Shown here in pieces: positions 1 to 13,739 of a stretch of 64,000 nt of DNA; position 1 is the first letter of the stretch; every line of letters starts with the position of its first letter. Position numbers and translations under genes: made by a program. The notes beneath the pieces were generated by a model that saw nothing but the letters and a program-made list of their open reading frames with translations, made no database searches and had not been told where the DNA came from. This DNA comes from Antedon mediterranea. Its lineage: Eukaryota > Animalia > Echinodermata. The DNA is taken from positions 9,662,201 through 9,726,200 of the forward strand of contig NC_092670.1 in NCBI RefSeq assembly GCF_964355755.1. The letters run 5' to 3'.

Positions 1-593
1 ACTAGTGGTTGCTGAGATATTGATATGGCCATTTTCTTGACCAATGGTCAAAAATAAAGTTTCACGGTCATTTTTGGCAAAATTTGTCTATTAAAGTGAA
101 TAGAAATATGTATCTTCTGAGTATTTTGACACCAACTACAACCATATCCACCCAACCATTTTTGAGATATGAAAAGTGTGCTCTAAGGAAAAAAATGTTT
201 GTGCCGGCTATATGTCAAAGGTCAAAAAGTCTGGTTTAAAGTTTGGGGCAACTGGATAATTATTTGTACAATGAAAATTCATCTGTTTTTTGTGGGCAAA
301 AAGATTTTTTTTGGAGTAAATAGTTCCAAGCCAGGATTTTAGTCAAGGTTAAAAAATTAAAAGGCAAGGAATATTACTTATGTTGTTACAATTTTGTTGT
401 TTGAACTTGAAAATATTTTTTTTTATTTACAGAACACCGGCAGATTTTGGGTCTGCATCAGATAAAATATGGGCACACTTTGCATCAGCGGGTTGTACTA
501 AAACATCACGCAACGATTTAATCAAAAAGCAAATCATCAAAGAGGCAGGTTGCATTTACAAACTTCCTTATGAAAATAATGTCAAATTATTAA

Positions 594-916
594 AGATGTA
601 TTGTCCCCAAAAATATGAAAAATGAAGATTAATAAAATCAGATTTTGAATAGGCCATTTCGTAGTTTTAATAAAGTTAATCACAATTAATGTTTTCACTT
701 ATAAAAAAGACAAAACAAACAGTTAAATTCAAACAAAAACCTATTGGCTGGCAGCAAAAATTGCTTTTTTTTGCTTGCAATTACAGTTTTTTTTTAAATA
801 CATTTTTTTCCCGATCCAATTTTTGGTCAAAGTGAATAACTATTATGGAATATCAAAATGGCATATTCAACAACAAAATTTGAACAAAAATATTTTTTCA
901 GGGGGACAATATATAG
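594..916. mobile_element. Non-autonomous TIR element (Kolobok-like, TTAA target), degenerate right end
   Basis: TTAA|AGATGTATTGTCCCC at 590-608 and GGGGGACAATATAT at 901-914; same family as the intact copy at 63071-63412, in opposite orientation. Confidence 0.55.
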
Positions 917-2159
917 CTAATCTGAAAGTAGCAATGAAATTTGTATCATTTTAACACAGGAATTTATTCATATTTTGAATACCATACATTTTCAATATTG
1001 ATACTGTATAAGGATTTGTTATCTTTAAAGGGTGGCGCATCAGGTACAAGTACAAAGCCAGATTCAGGTGGTCTTGGAATTGGGATGAAAATGGTAAGAC
1101 GACGTCACCAAAACAGTTTTAAAATACTGTATTAACAATGCGACATCAAATTTTGACAAGGCTATTTATAAAAAAGAAATGTGTATAGCATGGTATAAAC
1201 TTTCAGCAGTGAAGTCAATGGCTACTATTTGTCATTGACAGCTAATATGAATATTATTAATATATTATTTTGTTTTAAACTCTATAGGCTGCTTTAATTG
1301 ACCCAGAATTCATGAAAGACTCCTTCACAAAACGAAATTCAAGACCGGGTCAAGATTGTAAGAATGTATAAATTCAATGATTATGGACTAGATCTTAAAG
1401 TACCCAAGAAGTTATAGAACTGGCCATTTGATTAGGCCTAAAAAATGTTAGCGTAATCATACCTACAGTACCCTATGTGAAAGTAAAAGTTCTTCTAGGT
1501 AGCTCAAAGATAAAATATCATTAATATTATTATATAAACCAGAGATATTAACAGTGCCAAGTATTGAAACAGCCCCTATTATTGTTAGGCTTAGGCAACC
1601 ACAGTAACAAAACAATTTAAACTATCGATGAATATAAAATTATACCTACCTTATTAGTTATATTAAATGGTGAGGAGAAGCGTACATTGCTCTAGTTTTT
1701 TAAAAATTGTTTAAAGTGTTGGGTTTTGTTTCAGCATCTCAGATGTTTGCGGCTTTGGGAGGCGATGTACTGGCTGGAGAATCTGATAGAGCTACCTCAG
1801 CAGGCAGCAATGGGTCACAGCCTTCCTTCTCAGTCTGGAGAAATTGATGAAGATCTAATGAACAATCTGTGTGAAAGTCAAATGACATAAAGGCCCCCAG
1901 GCTTTGTCTGATAATAGTGCAATATTAACATGTTTATGGCATTTTCTGTGGGCTGACGAAAGTATAGGGCCATTTTATGGCCCTTAAGGATAGAAATTGG
2001 AAGGAAATTATTACAAATTGCACCAATTGATATTTAAAAAATTTAATATGGAATAAAATTTAAATTTTTTTTAAGAATTAGATACAATGTTATGAAAGAA
2101 TGTTACATGCCCTCTGTAGATCATGTATGAAGGTTTTGATCTGGAGATAGTGGGTCTGA

Positions 2160-2404
2160 AGCCAGTTTTCCACTATACGAATTTGTACACATACATATTC
2201 ATGTTTCCATTCTCCAAATCTCTCTCTGCGACGAGTTCTAGATTAGTAAATCAAATTTTTGCGAAGTGAAATATTGCACAACCAATCGGAGCTTAGGAAA
2301 TGAGCTACTACGCGTTCATGAGCACTCATGAATCGAAAAGCTCAGCAGACACGTAATGAACATGAAAATCGCAGCTAACAAATTCTCCTAGTGGAAAACA
2401 GACT
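2160..2404. mobile_element. MITE (PIF/Harbinger-like)
   Basis: Imperfect terminal inverted repeats AGCCAGTTTTCCACTA ... TAGTGGAAAACAGACT; superfamily is inferred. Confidence 0.45.
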
Positions 2405-3882
2405 TTAGATCTGCAATCTTTCTTCAACACATTTTTCTTATCAGGATACAGTAATTATACTTTATAGGCATTTTCAGAAATGACAACAGAAAGAACCATG
2501 TACAAAAGAGATCAGATTAGTAATAAACTTTATTGAAATCATAAACCATTTCTAAACGGTTTCTATTGTACTAGTATTTCAATATATAGTGAATTGCAAA
2601 ATATCGTCAGTATATTTAAATGCTCTGTAACACAATACACAAACAAATACTACTGTACTGTACTATATACACAAGAGTATACCATGACCATTATTCATTT
2701 TAAAACTAAGCAACAGATGATACGTAAGCTAACTGATACAATGTCAATCATGCATATTATTACCCATGTTCTGATTGGTCATCATTTCCACAATTGTAAA
2801 GTTACGTTTGTGGTACACCATTGCCTAGTCCCTTTGGGAATTATGTTAGAATTCTTGCATCTCTTAAAACAAACAATCTTGCTTAGCATGTTTAAATAAA
2901 TAATATTTATTTGCCTGCAACAATAAGCTTACCTTGGTCGTCTCAACCAATTTTAGATTTTCTAATTTTACAAAAATACTAAATTCACTTTTGTAGAAGT
3001 GACCAACTTGACACCACCGAACTGAGGTATATTTAAAGGTAAAAGAAGAAGCCTCATACAAACTGGTTTCTTGCCAAAAGGTATGACAGCACCATAATGG
3101 AACATGAACAATGTAGTGCACATTTCTTATCTTTTATTTATTATTTAAAAAACCCTAACAATAATAGTGAATTGCAAAATATCTTCACAACAACACACAA
3201 TATTGCTCTTCATGAAAGAAAGAGGATTTTGTTTTAACAAAAGAACAAATTTTCATGAAGTGCAAGAATAAATGAAAAAGATCCACCATCATTAGATTGG
3301 TCTTTTTTTTTCAGAGATGGGCCCATTTAGTTGGCCCACAGGTCACTTTACCATCTCATGGATGGAAGGAGAGTGAAATTGTGAATAGTTCAGGTACTTG
3401 CACATTATAACAAACATAAAATTATTATTAAATATGATTTCAAAATCATTAAAATAAAAGACTTTACTACTTTGGAATAATATGCTGTATCTTAAGGTAT
3501 TGTACAGTATTAATATAATGTATTTTTACAGATACTAAAAATGGACTTAACAACTTTGCCCAACCACAAATGACAAGTATATCTCACATCACATATTTAC
3601 TGAACCTATTTCAAACTGTATTTCAAATGCAAAGACGAAATTTGTACAAATGAAAACAAATCAGTTCCAAGGTTTCAGGAGACAACTTCTTGGAATTCAC
3701 ATGGTACTAAGTGCATACATAGTTTATTACCAGTCAGAAAAAACCCACATTTTAGTCTGAATTAGGCTAAAAGAAATAATATATTATACATGGAGATCTA
3801 AAGTGAGGTGACTGTGATCCAAAGTGTGATGTGTGTTGCTGCGCAACTTTTTTCCTTAGTAAAATCATTGCACGCTCTAGAT

Positions 3883-4230
3883 TTTGATTTAGATTCCGAG
3901 TGGAATTTTAATACAGTAAAACCTCCACACATTATATTACATGGTGGAAGACTCAAAACTGTAACAGGAACAGAGTGAGCAAACCAGCATCAACAGGAAG
4001 AAAAGAAGCAGACTATAAAAACAAGAAAGAATTTATTAAAATAAAACAAGAGGAGACGAGGACAACCAGAAAATTATTGTTACAAGAAGAGACAAGCAGA
4101 AATCTACTTTATAAGAAGACAAGCCTAAAAATATTTTACAAGGAAACAAATCAGGCTCTGGATCAAAGGGAAACAATTTGAATCTCTGGAATCCTTGAAA
4201 ACACAATTTATTAACCACTTTAGCAAAAAT
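3883..4230 (+). mobile_element. LTR-retrotransposon 3'-LTR end/PBS-like site, leader and short gag piece (copy 1)
   Basis: ...CATTATATTACA followed directly by TGGTGGAAGAC (LTR 'CA' end plus TGG PBS-like); same block at ~9411-9890 and ~19911-20180, each followed by gag sequence. Confidence 0.5.
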
Positions 4231-4277
4231 AAATCAATTCTATTAGATATAACACTGGCGAAAACGCCGAAAAACTG

Positions 4278-4570
4278 GGGCCTCGGTTACCCGTGCAGCT
4301 TCGGACGCACAAAGGGGTTGTAAAAAGTAGAAATGCCCGATCAAGGGGTGGGGGCTTAGGATGGCCAGGCTCGACCGCCATTTACAAAACAATAATAAAA
4401 TAGTGCAGCAGCTGCAGTCATTTACTGAACTTCCATAAATTAAAATCTAGTGAGGCCATTGGCCTCGGTGACCCGTGCAGCTTCAGACGCACAAAGGGGT
4501 TGCAGAAATGCCCGATCAAGGAGTGCGGGCTAAGAGGACCAGGCTCGACCGCCATTTACAGAACGAGCAT
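4278..4570. repeat. GC-rich ~180-bp repeat (tandem pair; other copies ~13203-13480 and ~20821-20902)
   Basis: GTGACCCGTGCAGCTT..GACGCACAAAGGGGTTGCAGAAA..CCAGGCTCGACCGCCATTTACA recurs five times, always just after gag fragments. Confidence 0.7.
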
Positions 4571-5095
4571 AAAATAATAAAAGGTATAGTAGCAAACAGT
4601 ATCTTAATGTTATGATAAAAATTATCAAAAAGACATCTTTACACAGCGAGATTACGTTGTTGTCATGGAGAATGCCATGCCATACCATGTTATTCAATTA
4701 AATCATGAACAATGTCAACTCAACTAGAATTCGAATTCGACTTCGATAGAGAAGAGATACAGGCTAGAAAGGATAGGAATGACGGCGCTGAAAACGATGA
4801 CATAATACTCAATGCTGCGATGCAAACTTTTATAGATCCGCAAAAGCCTGTGTACAAAGTCATACAACCGAATTCGAGATCGATTAATGCTGAAGCATTC
4901 GCCAACATTGCAGTAGCCGAACGTCACCGACATTGCAGCGGTTGAAAGTGGACCCGGCGCCACTGATATTTCAGCGGTCGAAAGTGGAACCAACATCACC
5001 GACCTGGTAAGTTGATATATAGTTTTTATTATATACTGTATAACGTGTTCTTTCATAAGTTTTTGTTCTTTCCTTAAATTTTTTAAAATAAATAG

Positions 5096-6620
5096 GCTAT
5101 TGATGCCCTGGGAGGGAGATAACAACAAGCAGAAACGCATGCAGGAGATGGGCAGGGACCACTTCAAGGCGAAGACGCCGCTCAAGACAAAGGGCAGTGT
5201 TGGCGACTTCACGGAAGATGATCCAGATCAGCTTCCGATGCCCATCATGGAGGTTGCCACGGATGCCAAAGGGAAGAAGAGGATAAAATGTTATATGCCC
5301 ATAGCTTGCAATATCGAAACAGCGAGGAGGAGGCGTTGGTTCAGAAAAGAATATGCCTTCGAACCGAAAATTATGATGGCAAGACACTGCATAATCAGGG
5401 AAGAGGACGAAAACACAAACGACCAGATGTTGGACCGGATATCAAAACTTCCCTTTTACTTGGTTGAAGAAGATGTGCACATGCTCTACTTTTTTCGCAA
5501 CAAGGATAAAAGGTGTTACAGCTGTGGGGACGATACCATGCAGCCAAAAGGTTCGCCATCAACACCATTGCCAGACGAGAAAGCATTATCTCCTAGAACC
5601 ATCGTTTCAATTACGAACGACTCAAGCCATCAAACGAAACAGTATAAAGAGCCTGTCTACATCTAGAAAATCTATAAATTTCATATGGTCATAGCTTGCA
5701 CATATCGAAACAGCGAGGAGGAGGAGGCATTGGCTCCGGAAGAAATATGCCTTCGGACCGAAAATGGAAACATGCGAGTTGCAATTACGCCGTTTTTGGC
5801 CTCAAGAAATATGATGGCGAGACACTGCATAATCGGGGAAGAGGACGAAAACACAAACGACCTGATGTTGGACCGGATATCAAAACTTCCCTTTTACTTG
5901 GTTGAAGAAGATGCGCACATGCTCTACTTCTTTTGCAACAAGGATAAAAGGTGTTAAGCTGTGGGGACGATACCATGCGGCTAAAAGGTTCGCTATCAAC
6001 ACCAATGCCAGACGAGAAAGCATTATCTCCTAGAACCATCGTTTCAATTACGAACGACTCAAGCCATCAAACGAAACAGTATAAAGAGCCTGTCTACATG
6101 TAGAAAATCTATAAATTTCATATGGTCATAGCTTGCACATATCGAAACAGCGAGGAGGAGGAGGCATTGGCTCCGGAAGGAATATGCCTTCGGACCAAAA
6201 ATGGAAACATGCGAGCTGCAATTACGCCGTTTTCGGCCTCAAGAAATATGATGGCGAGACACTGCATAATCGGGGAAGAGGACGAAAACACAAACGACCA
6301 GATGTTGGACCGGATATCAAAACTTCCCTTTTACTTGGTTGAAGAAGATGCGCACACGCTCTACTTCTTTTGCAACAAGAATAAAAGGTGTTAAGCTGTG
6401 GGGACGATACCATGCGGCTAAAAGGTTCGCTATCAACACCAATGCCAGACGAGAAAGCATTATCTCCTAGGACCATCTCCTCAATTACGAACGACTCAAG
6501 CCATCATAGAAAAAATCATAAAGAGAATAGACTGTTCGGAAAATTTCTGATCAGGGCCATTCAGTCATCGCCCTCATTCGAACGGCAATGGATGGAGATC
6601 CTCAATGTCTTCGGACCGAA
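5096..6620 (+). pseudogene. Unknown ORF-X fragments, three tandem ~437-bp copies
   Basis: ORFs 5100-5666, 5685-5957 and 6122-6394 share ...ARHCIIGEEDENTNDQMLDRISKLPFY...; period about 437 bp; stops and frameshifts differ between copies. Confidence 0.7.
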
Positions 6621-6709
6621 AATGAAAACCAGAAAATTATTGTTACAAGACAAGACAAGCAGAAATCTACTTTATAAGAAAACAAGCAGAAAACTGTTTT
6701 ACAAGGAAA

Positions 6710-7400
6710 CAAGCCAGGCTCTGGATCGAAGGGAAACAATTCGAATCTCTGGAATCTCTGAAAACACAATTTATTAACAGCTTTAGCAAAAATAAATCCA
6801 TTTATGCCCATATAAGAGAGTATGATTCGATCACATATAACACTGGCGACAACGCCGAAAAACATCCGACCAGGATTAAACAAGCCGCCGCCGATAGAAT
6901 AGGCTATGCAGACCAACAAATAAAAAACAAATTCATTTCAACTCTCCCACCCAAATGTAGGGCAGACGTAGCTATGTCTATCCCGATTGATGCTACACTA
7001 GACAACATTGTTACTAGTGCACAAAATTACTTAGATCTTTCTGTGGATGATTCCCCACAGGAAGTTTCTTTTAACATCAAGGAAACAAATAGTCTTGAAT
7101 CATTACAACACGAAATAAATTCCCTTAAAGTGGACCTAGCCACAGCAAAACGTTCCATTAACGACGATACAACTCGACGCTCACGTTCCCCCAGTCGCAA
7201 TTATTCCCCAAGACCACACCGAAGCCGAGTCCATACAAACCTCACTTCCAAAACCCACCTAACCCTAGATACAGACAACCTCCCCAAACTTGTTATTTTT
7301 GTGGAAAGCCAGGCCACATACAAAGACACTGCCAACAAAGAAACCGGAAATTATCCCCATCATATCCGTACCAACAGTCCTCCAACAATTATTACCCTAG
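6710..7400 (+). pseudogene. Gypsy-like gag remnant
   Basis: QARLWIEGKQF...IKNKFISTLPPKCR..MSIPIDATLDNIV...RSRSPSR and, after a frameshift, a CCHC knuckle TCYFCGKPGHIQRHCQQR (~7288-7341). Confidence 0.75.
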
Positions 7401-7454
7401 CCATCAGCAGGATTTTTAAGAAGGGGTCTAGATAACAACGCAGCCTATAATCTA

Positions 7455-8440
7455 CCTCGTAGAGGTGACCCTGGAAAACAAGGCTATTGATGTTCTTAGA
7501 GATAACAACAAGCAGAAACGTATGCAGGAGATGGGCAGGGACCACTCCAATGCGAAGATGCCGCTAAAGATGAAGGGCAGTGTTGGCGACTTCACGGAAG
7601 ATGATCCAGATCAGCTTCCGATGCCCATCGTGGAGGTTGCCACCAATGCCGATGGGAAGAAGAGGATAAAATTTCATATGGCCATAGCTTGCACATATCG
7701 AAACAGCAAGGAGGAGGCGTTGGCTCCGGAAGGAATATGCATTCGGACCGAAAATGGAAACATGCGAGCTGCAATTATGCCGTTTTCGGCCTCGAGACAC
7801 TGCATAATCGGGGAAGAGGACGAAAACACAAACGACCAGATGTTGGACCGGATATCAAAACTTCCCTTTTACTCGGCTGAAGAAGATGCGCACACGCTCT
7901 ACTTCTTCCGCAACAAGGATAAAAGGTGTTACAGCTGTGGTGACGATACCATGCGGCCAAACGGTTCACTATCAACACCAACGCCAGACAAGAAAGCATT
8001 ATCTCCTAGAACCATCGCTTCAATTACGAATGACTCAAGCCATCATACGAAAAAGTATAAAGAGAAAAGCCTGTCTACATGTAGAAAATCTATAAATTTT
8101 ATATGGCCATAGCTTGCACATATCGAAACAGCGAGGAGGAGGCGTTGGCTCCGGAAGGAATATGCATTCGGACCGAAAATGGAAACGTGCGAGCTGCAAT
8201 TATGCCGTTTTCGGCCTCGAGAAAAATGATGGCGAGACACTGCATAATCGGGGAAGAGGACGAAAACACAAACGACCAGATGTAAGACCGGATATCAAAA
8301 CTTCTCTTTTACTCGGTTGAAGAAGATGCGCACATGCTCTACTTCTTCCACAACAAGGATAAAAGGTATTACAGCTGTGGTGACGATACCATGCGGCCAA
8401 ACGGTTCGCTATCAACATCAATGACGAGAAAGCATTATCT
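7455..8440 (+). pseudogene. Unknown ORF-X, longest open copy (215 aa) plus a tandem partial copy
   Basis: ORF 7465-8112 and 8103-8285; same sequence as the other ORF-X copies. Confidence 0.7.
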
Positions 8441-8703
8441 CACTTATTATTTCACTTTAATAAATGGTATTTTCCATTGTTTTATGTTAATGCGGTCCTA
8501 AATTAATATGGTAAACAAAAAGTATAACCAAAAATTACATTGTCGTCACTTTTAGACCTTTTTACATTGATTTTAATATACATTTACTGCTAAATCTGAG
8601 AAGGAAAGGGGTGCTGAAAGGCGTGCAATGTTTTTACTAATGAAAAAAGTTGCGGAGCAACGTGCATCACACGTGCATCACAGTCACCGTCACCGTCAAG
8701 ATT

Positions 8704-8862
8704 CACTCTAGATTCCTATCACCTCACTCTAGATCCCCATCACCTCACTCTAGATTCCTATTACCTCACTCTAGATTCCTATCAACACCTCACTCTAGAT
8801 TCCTATCACCTCACTCTAAATCCCCATCACCTCACTCTAGATCCCCATCACCTCACTCTAAA
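8704..8862. repeat. 21-bp minisatellite (CACTCTAGATCCCCATCACCT), about 7-8 degenerate units
   Basis: Direct reading; same unit as 18387-18879. Confidence 0.9.
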
Positions 8863-8876
8863 TTTGAATGTTGCAG

Positions 8877-9415
8877 GTGTACCCTATGAGGAGTGAAAGT
8901 AAATGGAGGAGACGACTTGATTTCTGGATTTCGGATGGGGGAGTAATACTATCAAGTGCAAACTGTGGAATCAGTTTTCGTCAGAAGTGGGTGAAGAAAC
9001 TGTAGGGAAGACAATTACATTAAAAAATGTGGAGGTTGACATGTTTAATAATGTTTAACATTTACAATCAACAGATTTATCATGCCATACTTGATGTGGG
9101 CTACGCCCAAAACATGTCATATTATGTATATATTGAGGAAGTTTTAACTTGTTTGATTTTTATTTTTTCTATTTTTAACTTCTACTGTTTTGCTATTAAA
9201 TGTCACCCAGACATCTGCAGAATGCTGGTCAATGCAGGAGTAAACATCAATCTTCCAAACAAAGAAAGTCTATACCGGTAATTCAGTCTGGACTTTCCAA
9301 AAAGTTGTTCTAAATCATTTGACGGGTAAATTTGATGAATTAAAGAAGGTTCATTACTTTACCAATGGATGCGCAGGTCAATATAAAAATAAGTCCAATT
9401 TTAAAAACATGATTT
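8877..9415 (+). pseudogene. Fused remnants: RPA-like OB-fold exon, ankyrin repeat and Sola2-like transposase motif
   Basis: After acceptor ttgcag: VYPMRSESKWRRRLDFWISDG/SNTIKCKLWNQFSSEVGEETVGKTITLKNVEVDMFNNV (OB-fold-like pattern); CHPDICRMLVNAGVNINLPNKE (ankyrin-like); LKKVHYFTNGCAGQYKNKSNF (resembles the SDGCAxQYKN motif I associate with Sola2 DDE transposases). Confidence 0.55.
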
Positions 9416-9903
9416 TGATTTAGATTCCGAGTGGAATTTTAATACAGTAAAACCTCCACACATTATATTACATGGTGGAAGACTCAAAACTGTAACAGGA
9501 ACAGAGTGAGCAAACCAGCATCAACAGGAAGAAAAGAAGCAGACTATAAAAACAAGAAAGAATTTATTAAAATAAAACAAGAGGAGACGAGGACAACCAG
9601 AAAATTATTGTTACAAGAAGAGACAAGCAGAAATTCATTTTATAAGAAGACAAGCAGTAAACTATTTTACAAGGAAACAAGCAAAAAATCATGTTATAGG
9701 AAGAGACAAGCAGAAATTTATTTTATAAGAAGACAAGCAGTAAACTATTTTACTAGGAAACAAGCAAAAAATCATGTTATAGGAAGAGACAAGCAGAAAT
9801 TTATTTTTTAAAGAGACAAGCAGAATTTTTCAAATATAGCATTTTAACTGGATCAAGACAAGCAGATAGCAGATTTGTTTTTCCAAATTTTGTGTAACCA
9901 TTG

Positions 9904-11232
9904 TGTAGTGAAATGATAAACATTATTACACTAACCATGAGGTGACTTTGGTACTGACACAGAGGGGCAGGGGTAAGGTCCTATTGTTTTTAAAACTATA
10001 ATTGGCTGAATCATGATTTAAAAGAATATGTGTGTTTTAATCATTAACAGTACCCAAATGACTACAATTTAATTATTAAGTTCAAAGTATGGCTGGCACC
10101 TGCAAAGTAATATTTTCTTTCCAGTAGAGTGTTCGGACTGTTTTCTTAATTATCAGTAACATTAAATCAATCAGTGTTTTCCATGGCAAAAGTTGAAATG
10201 GACTATGGTGACCAATTAACACGCAAACAGGAAGTTCCTAAGTCCTGTGGGGCTATGTTTGTGTCCAGTTGTTACAGTTTTATCCTAAATTTCGTCAGTC
10301 TATCTTGAGATCTGATCGAGAAGCCTCAGAAAAAGGGTATGTTTTACTTTACTTTTGTATTTGATTCTGTTAATTTTATGCTTAGGATTTAGATTTTTCG
10401 GCTAAGCTCATAGACTGAATTGAATTTATATTTTGTAGACTAAGTTTTATTTCTTTTTAACTATTATTTGCTGTTAACAAATAATTGACGTCACCGTCAT
10501 GCACAATAATGATTGATAGGCACACACCAGTTAAATTATCTATTTACTGCCAAGAAAGGGGTTGTAGTGCAGGTTTATCAAATATCAATTTATTTTGAGC
10601 CTTTGTAATTTTAGTTAGGACTTGTTATCGTGTTATTCTTAGTTTAAGTATACTTTTGAGACTTCATTGCTCAAATCTATACATTTAAAGGCACTCTTTA
10701 ATTAACTTGCATAGTGTAAAGAGGCCGAATCTATAACTTTTTGTTATAATGACCAAAAAACTGAGTTTGTCAGTCCTATCAAATATGTTGAAGTATTGCA
10801 AAATATTCACTTGATTTATTTTAGGCTGAATGTGGTATATACGAACATGAAATAAGACTTCGTATGAGGCCAGAGCCAAGAGAGCCACTGAGCTGGTAAG
10901 ACATTAAGATATAATTGTTAATTACAAGTTATATAAGTGTAATGTGGTCGTTTTCTAAAGAGAAATGGAAATCCTTTATTTTCACAAATAATTGTATTTT
11001 GATATTAAATTATAGTTGACATTATGCGTTGCTGCTCAAATTTAATTTAGTTTATTAAGTTTATAAATATATTCTTAATTTCATTTTTTTTGCATGGAGT
11101 TTAATACCTTGTATTATATATTTTCAGGTTTTTCTTTTTGCTGTATTTCTTGTTATTCAAATAAAATAATATGAACCCAACAGTGCTTTGCCGTTTCTTT
11201 TTGTGACATCCGACCATGCCCGTATTACTACA
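9904..11232 (+). mobile_element. Probable solo LTR (~1.3 kb)
   Basis: Bounded by TGTAGT...ACTACA (TG..CA, 6-bp inverted repeat), AATAAA near 11159; no clean TSD (attg/actg). Confidence 0.4.
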
Positions 11233-11650
11233 ACTGGATGAAGACAAGCCGATAGTCAAGAAGATACACCAGAAGATTCAAAACGGAGAACAGAAGCAAG
11301 CGGACTGTTGTTTGAACATTCATCATCGGTAATTTCTCGCAAATTTTGAATCCTTTTTTAACGTTTGAACATTCATCGTTTTTTCCCGTAAATGTTGAAC
11401 CATTTGAACGTTAATTGTTGAACCATTTGAACGTTAATTGTTTGAACATTCATCATTTTTAATTTTGTAACTTTTTGAATGTTGTTTGTACATTTGAACA
11501 TTGTTGAACACTCAAACGTTGAGCATTTCGATTTGTTTTAATTAGTTCTTGGATACGAAGCATTTAGGGTGAGTCAAAACCATTTTGATTTTTTAATTGT
11601 GACCTTGAGTGAAAAGTGAGAGTTTATATATATAAATAATATTATAAAGT

Positions 11651-13200
11651 ATGGTTGACGTTGATAACGAAGTAATTGTAAATGAGCCGGTCCAACCTCA
11701 ACCCGTGCCCCATCTACGACAAACAGATGTTCTTCCTAAAAGATACGACGGTTCCATCACCGATCATCACCAATTTAGTGCACACTATCTATCATTTACT
11801 GACTACCTTGAGGCCCACACCCTAGAAAACTCCGAAAATAATGCCCAATTACTAAACGTAGCCTTCAGGGCCAAGCCAGGCTCTGGATCGAAGGGAAACA
11901 ATTCGAATCCCTGAGAACACAATTTATTAACCGTTTTAGCAAAAATAAATCCATTTACGCCCATATAAGAGTATGATTTGATCACATATAACACTGACGA
12001 CAAGGCCGAAAAACATCTGACCAGGATTAAACAAGCCGCCGATAGAATAGGCTATGCAGACCAACAAATAAATTTCAACTCTCCCACCCAAATGTAGGGC
12101 AGACGTAGCTATGTCTATCCCGATTAATGCTACACTAGACAACATTGTTACTTGTGCACAAAATTACTTAGATCTTTCTGTGGATAATTCCCCACGGGAA
12201 GTTTCTTTTAACATCAAGGAAACAAATAGTCTTGAATTATTACAACACAAAATAAATTCCCTTAAAGTGAACCTAGCCACAGCAAAACGTTCCATTAACG
12301 ACGATACAACTCGACGCTCATGTTCCCCCAGTCGCAATTATTCCCCAATATGGTTGACGTTGATAACGAAGTAATTGTAAATGAGCCCGTCCAACCTCAT
12401 CCCGTGCCCCATCTACGACAAACAGATGTTCTTCCTAAAAGATAAGACGGTTCCATCACCGATCATGACCAATTTAGTGCACACTATCTATCATTTACTG
12501 ACTACCTTGAGGCCCACACCCTAGAAAACCCCGAAAATAATGCCCAATTACTAAACGTCATAAGTATTTTGAAACGTAGCCTTCAGGGCCAAGCCAGGCT
12601 CTGGATCGAAGGGAAACAATTCAAATCCCTGAGAATACAATTTATTAACCGTTTTAGCAAAAATAAATCCATTTACGCCCATATAAGAGTATGATTTGAT
12701 CACATATAACACTGAAAAACATCTGACCAGGATTAAACAAGCCGCCGATAGAATAGGCTATGCAGACCAACAAATAAAAAACAAATTCATTTCAACTCTC
12801 CCACCCAAATGTAGGGCAGCCGTAGCTATGTCTATCCCAATTGATGCTACACTAGACAACATTGTTACTTGTGCACAAAATTACTTAGATCTTTCTGTGG
12901 ACGATTCCCCACGGGAAGTTTCTTTTAACATCAAGGAAACAAATAGTCTTGAATCATTACAACACAAAATTAATTCCTTTAAAGTGGACCTAGCCACAGC
13001 AAAACGTTCCATTAACGACGATACAACTCGACGCTCACGTTCCAGTCTGAGTCCATACAAACCCCGCTTCCAAAACCCACCTACCCCTATATATAGACAA
13101 CCTCCCCCAACTTGTTATTTTTGTTATTTTTTGGTCACATACAAAGACACTGCCAACAAAGAAACCGTTCTTATGGAAATTATACCCCACCATTACCCTA
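11651..13200 (+). pseudogene. Gypsy-like gag, tandemly duplicated (~698-bp period), disrupted
   Basis: MVDVDNEVIVNEPVQP...LPKRYDGS...FTDYLEAH...SLQGQARLWIEG...IKNKFISTLP... repeated at 11651 and 12349; degenerate zinc knuckle PTCYFC near 13110. Confidence 0.75.
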
Positions 13201-13739
13201 GCCAGTGACCCATGCAGCTTGCGATGCACAAAGGGGTTGCAGAAATTCCCCATCAAGGGATTATGAGGGCCAGGCTCGACCGCCATTTACAAAACGAGCA
13301 TAAAATAGTGCAACAGCTGCACAGGCATTTACTGAACTGCCATAAATTAAAATCTAGTGAGGCCAGGGGCCTCAGTGACCTGTGCAGCTTGAGACGCACA
13401 AAGGGTTGCAGAAATTCCCGATCAAGGGGTGCGGGCTTAGAGGGCCAGGCTCGACCGCCATTTACAGAACGAGCATAAAATAATAAAAGGTATAATAGCA
13501 AACAGTATCTTAATGTTATGATAAAAATGATCAAAAAAGACATCTTTACCCCGCGAGATTACGTTGTTGTCATGGAGAACGCCATACCATGTTATTCTCA
13601 ATTAAATCATGAACAGTTTAGAAAACTTACTGGAAGCTATACCTGTCGGTATAAGGCCAGGAAAAAAATCAGGAGATCCAACTGTTCACAATTTGAGAGC
13701 GTTGGAGTATACCACCAATTATCCATAGAAATCACAACA

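Noticed and set aside
990-3121. Minus-strand host gene exons (~1010-1127, ~1650-1867, ~2933-3121)
   Set aside because: Splice-like boundaries exist, but frames contain stops and no domain is recognisable, so I cannot support a CDS call. They could be exons of a non-coding transcript.
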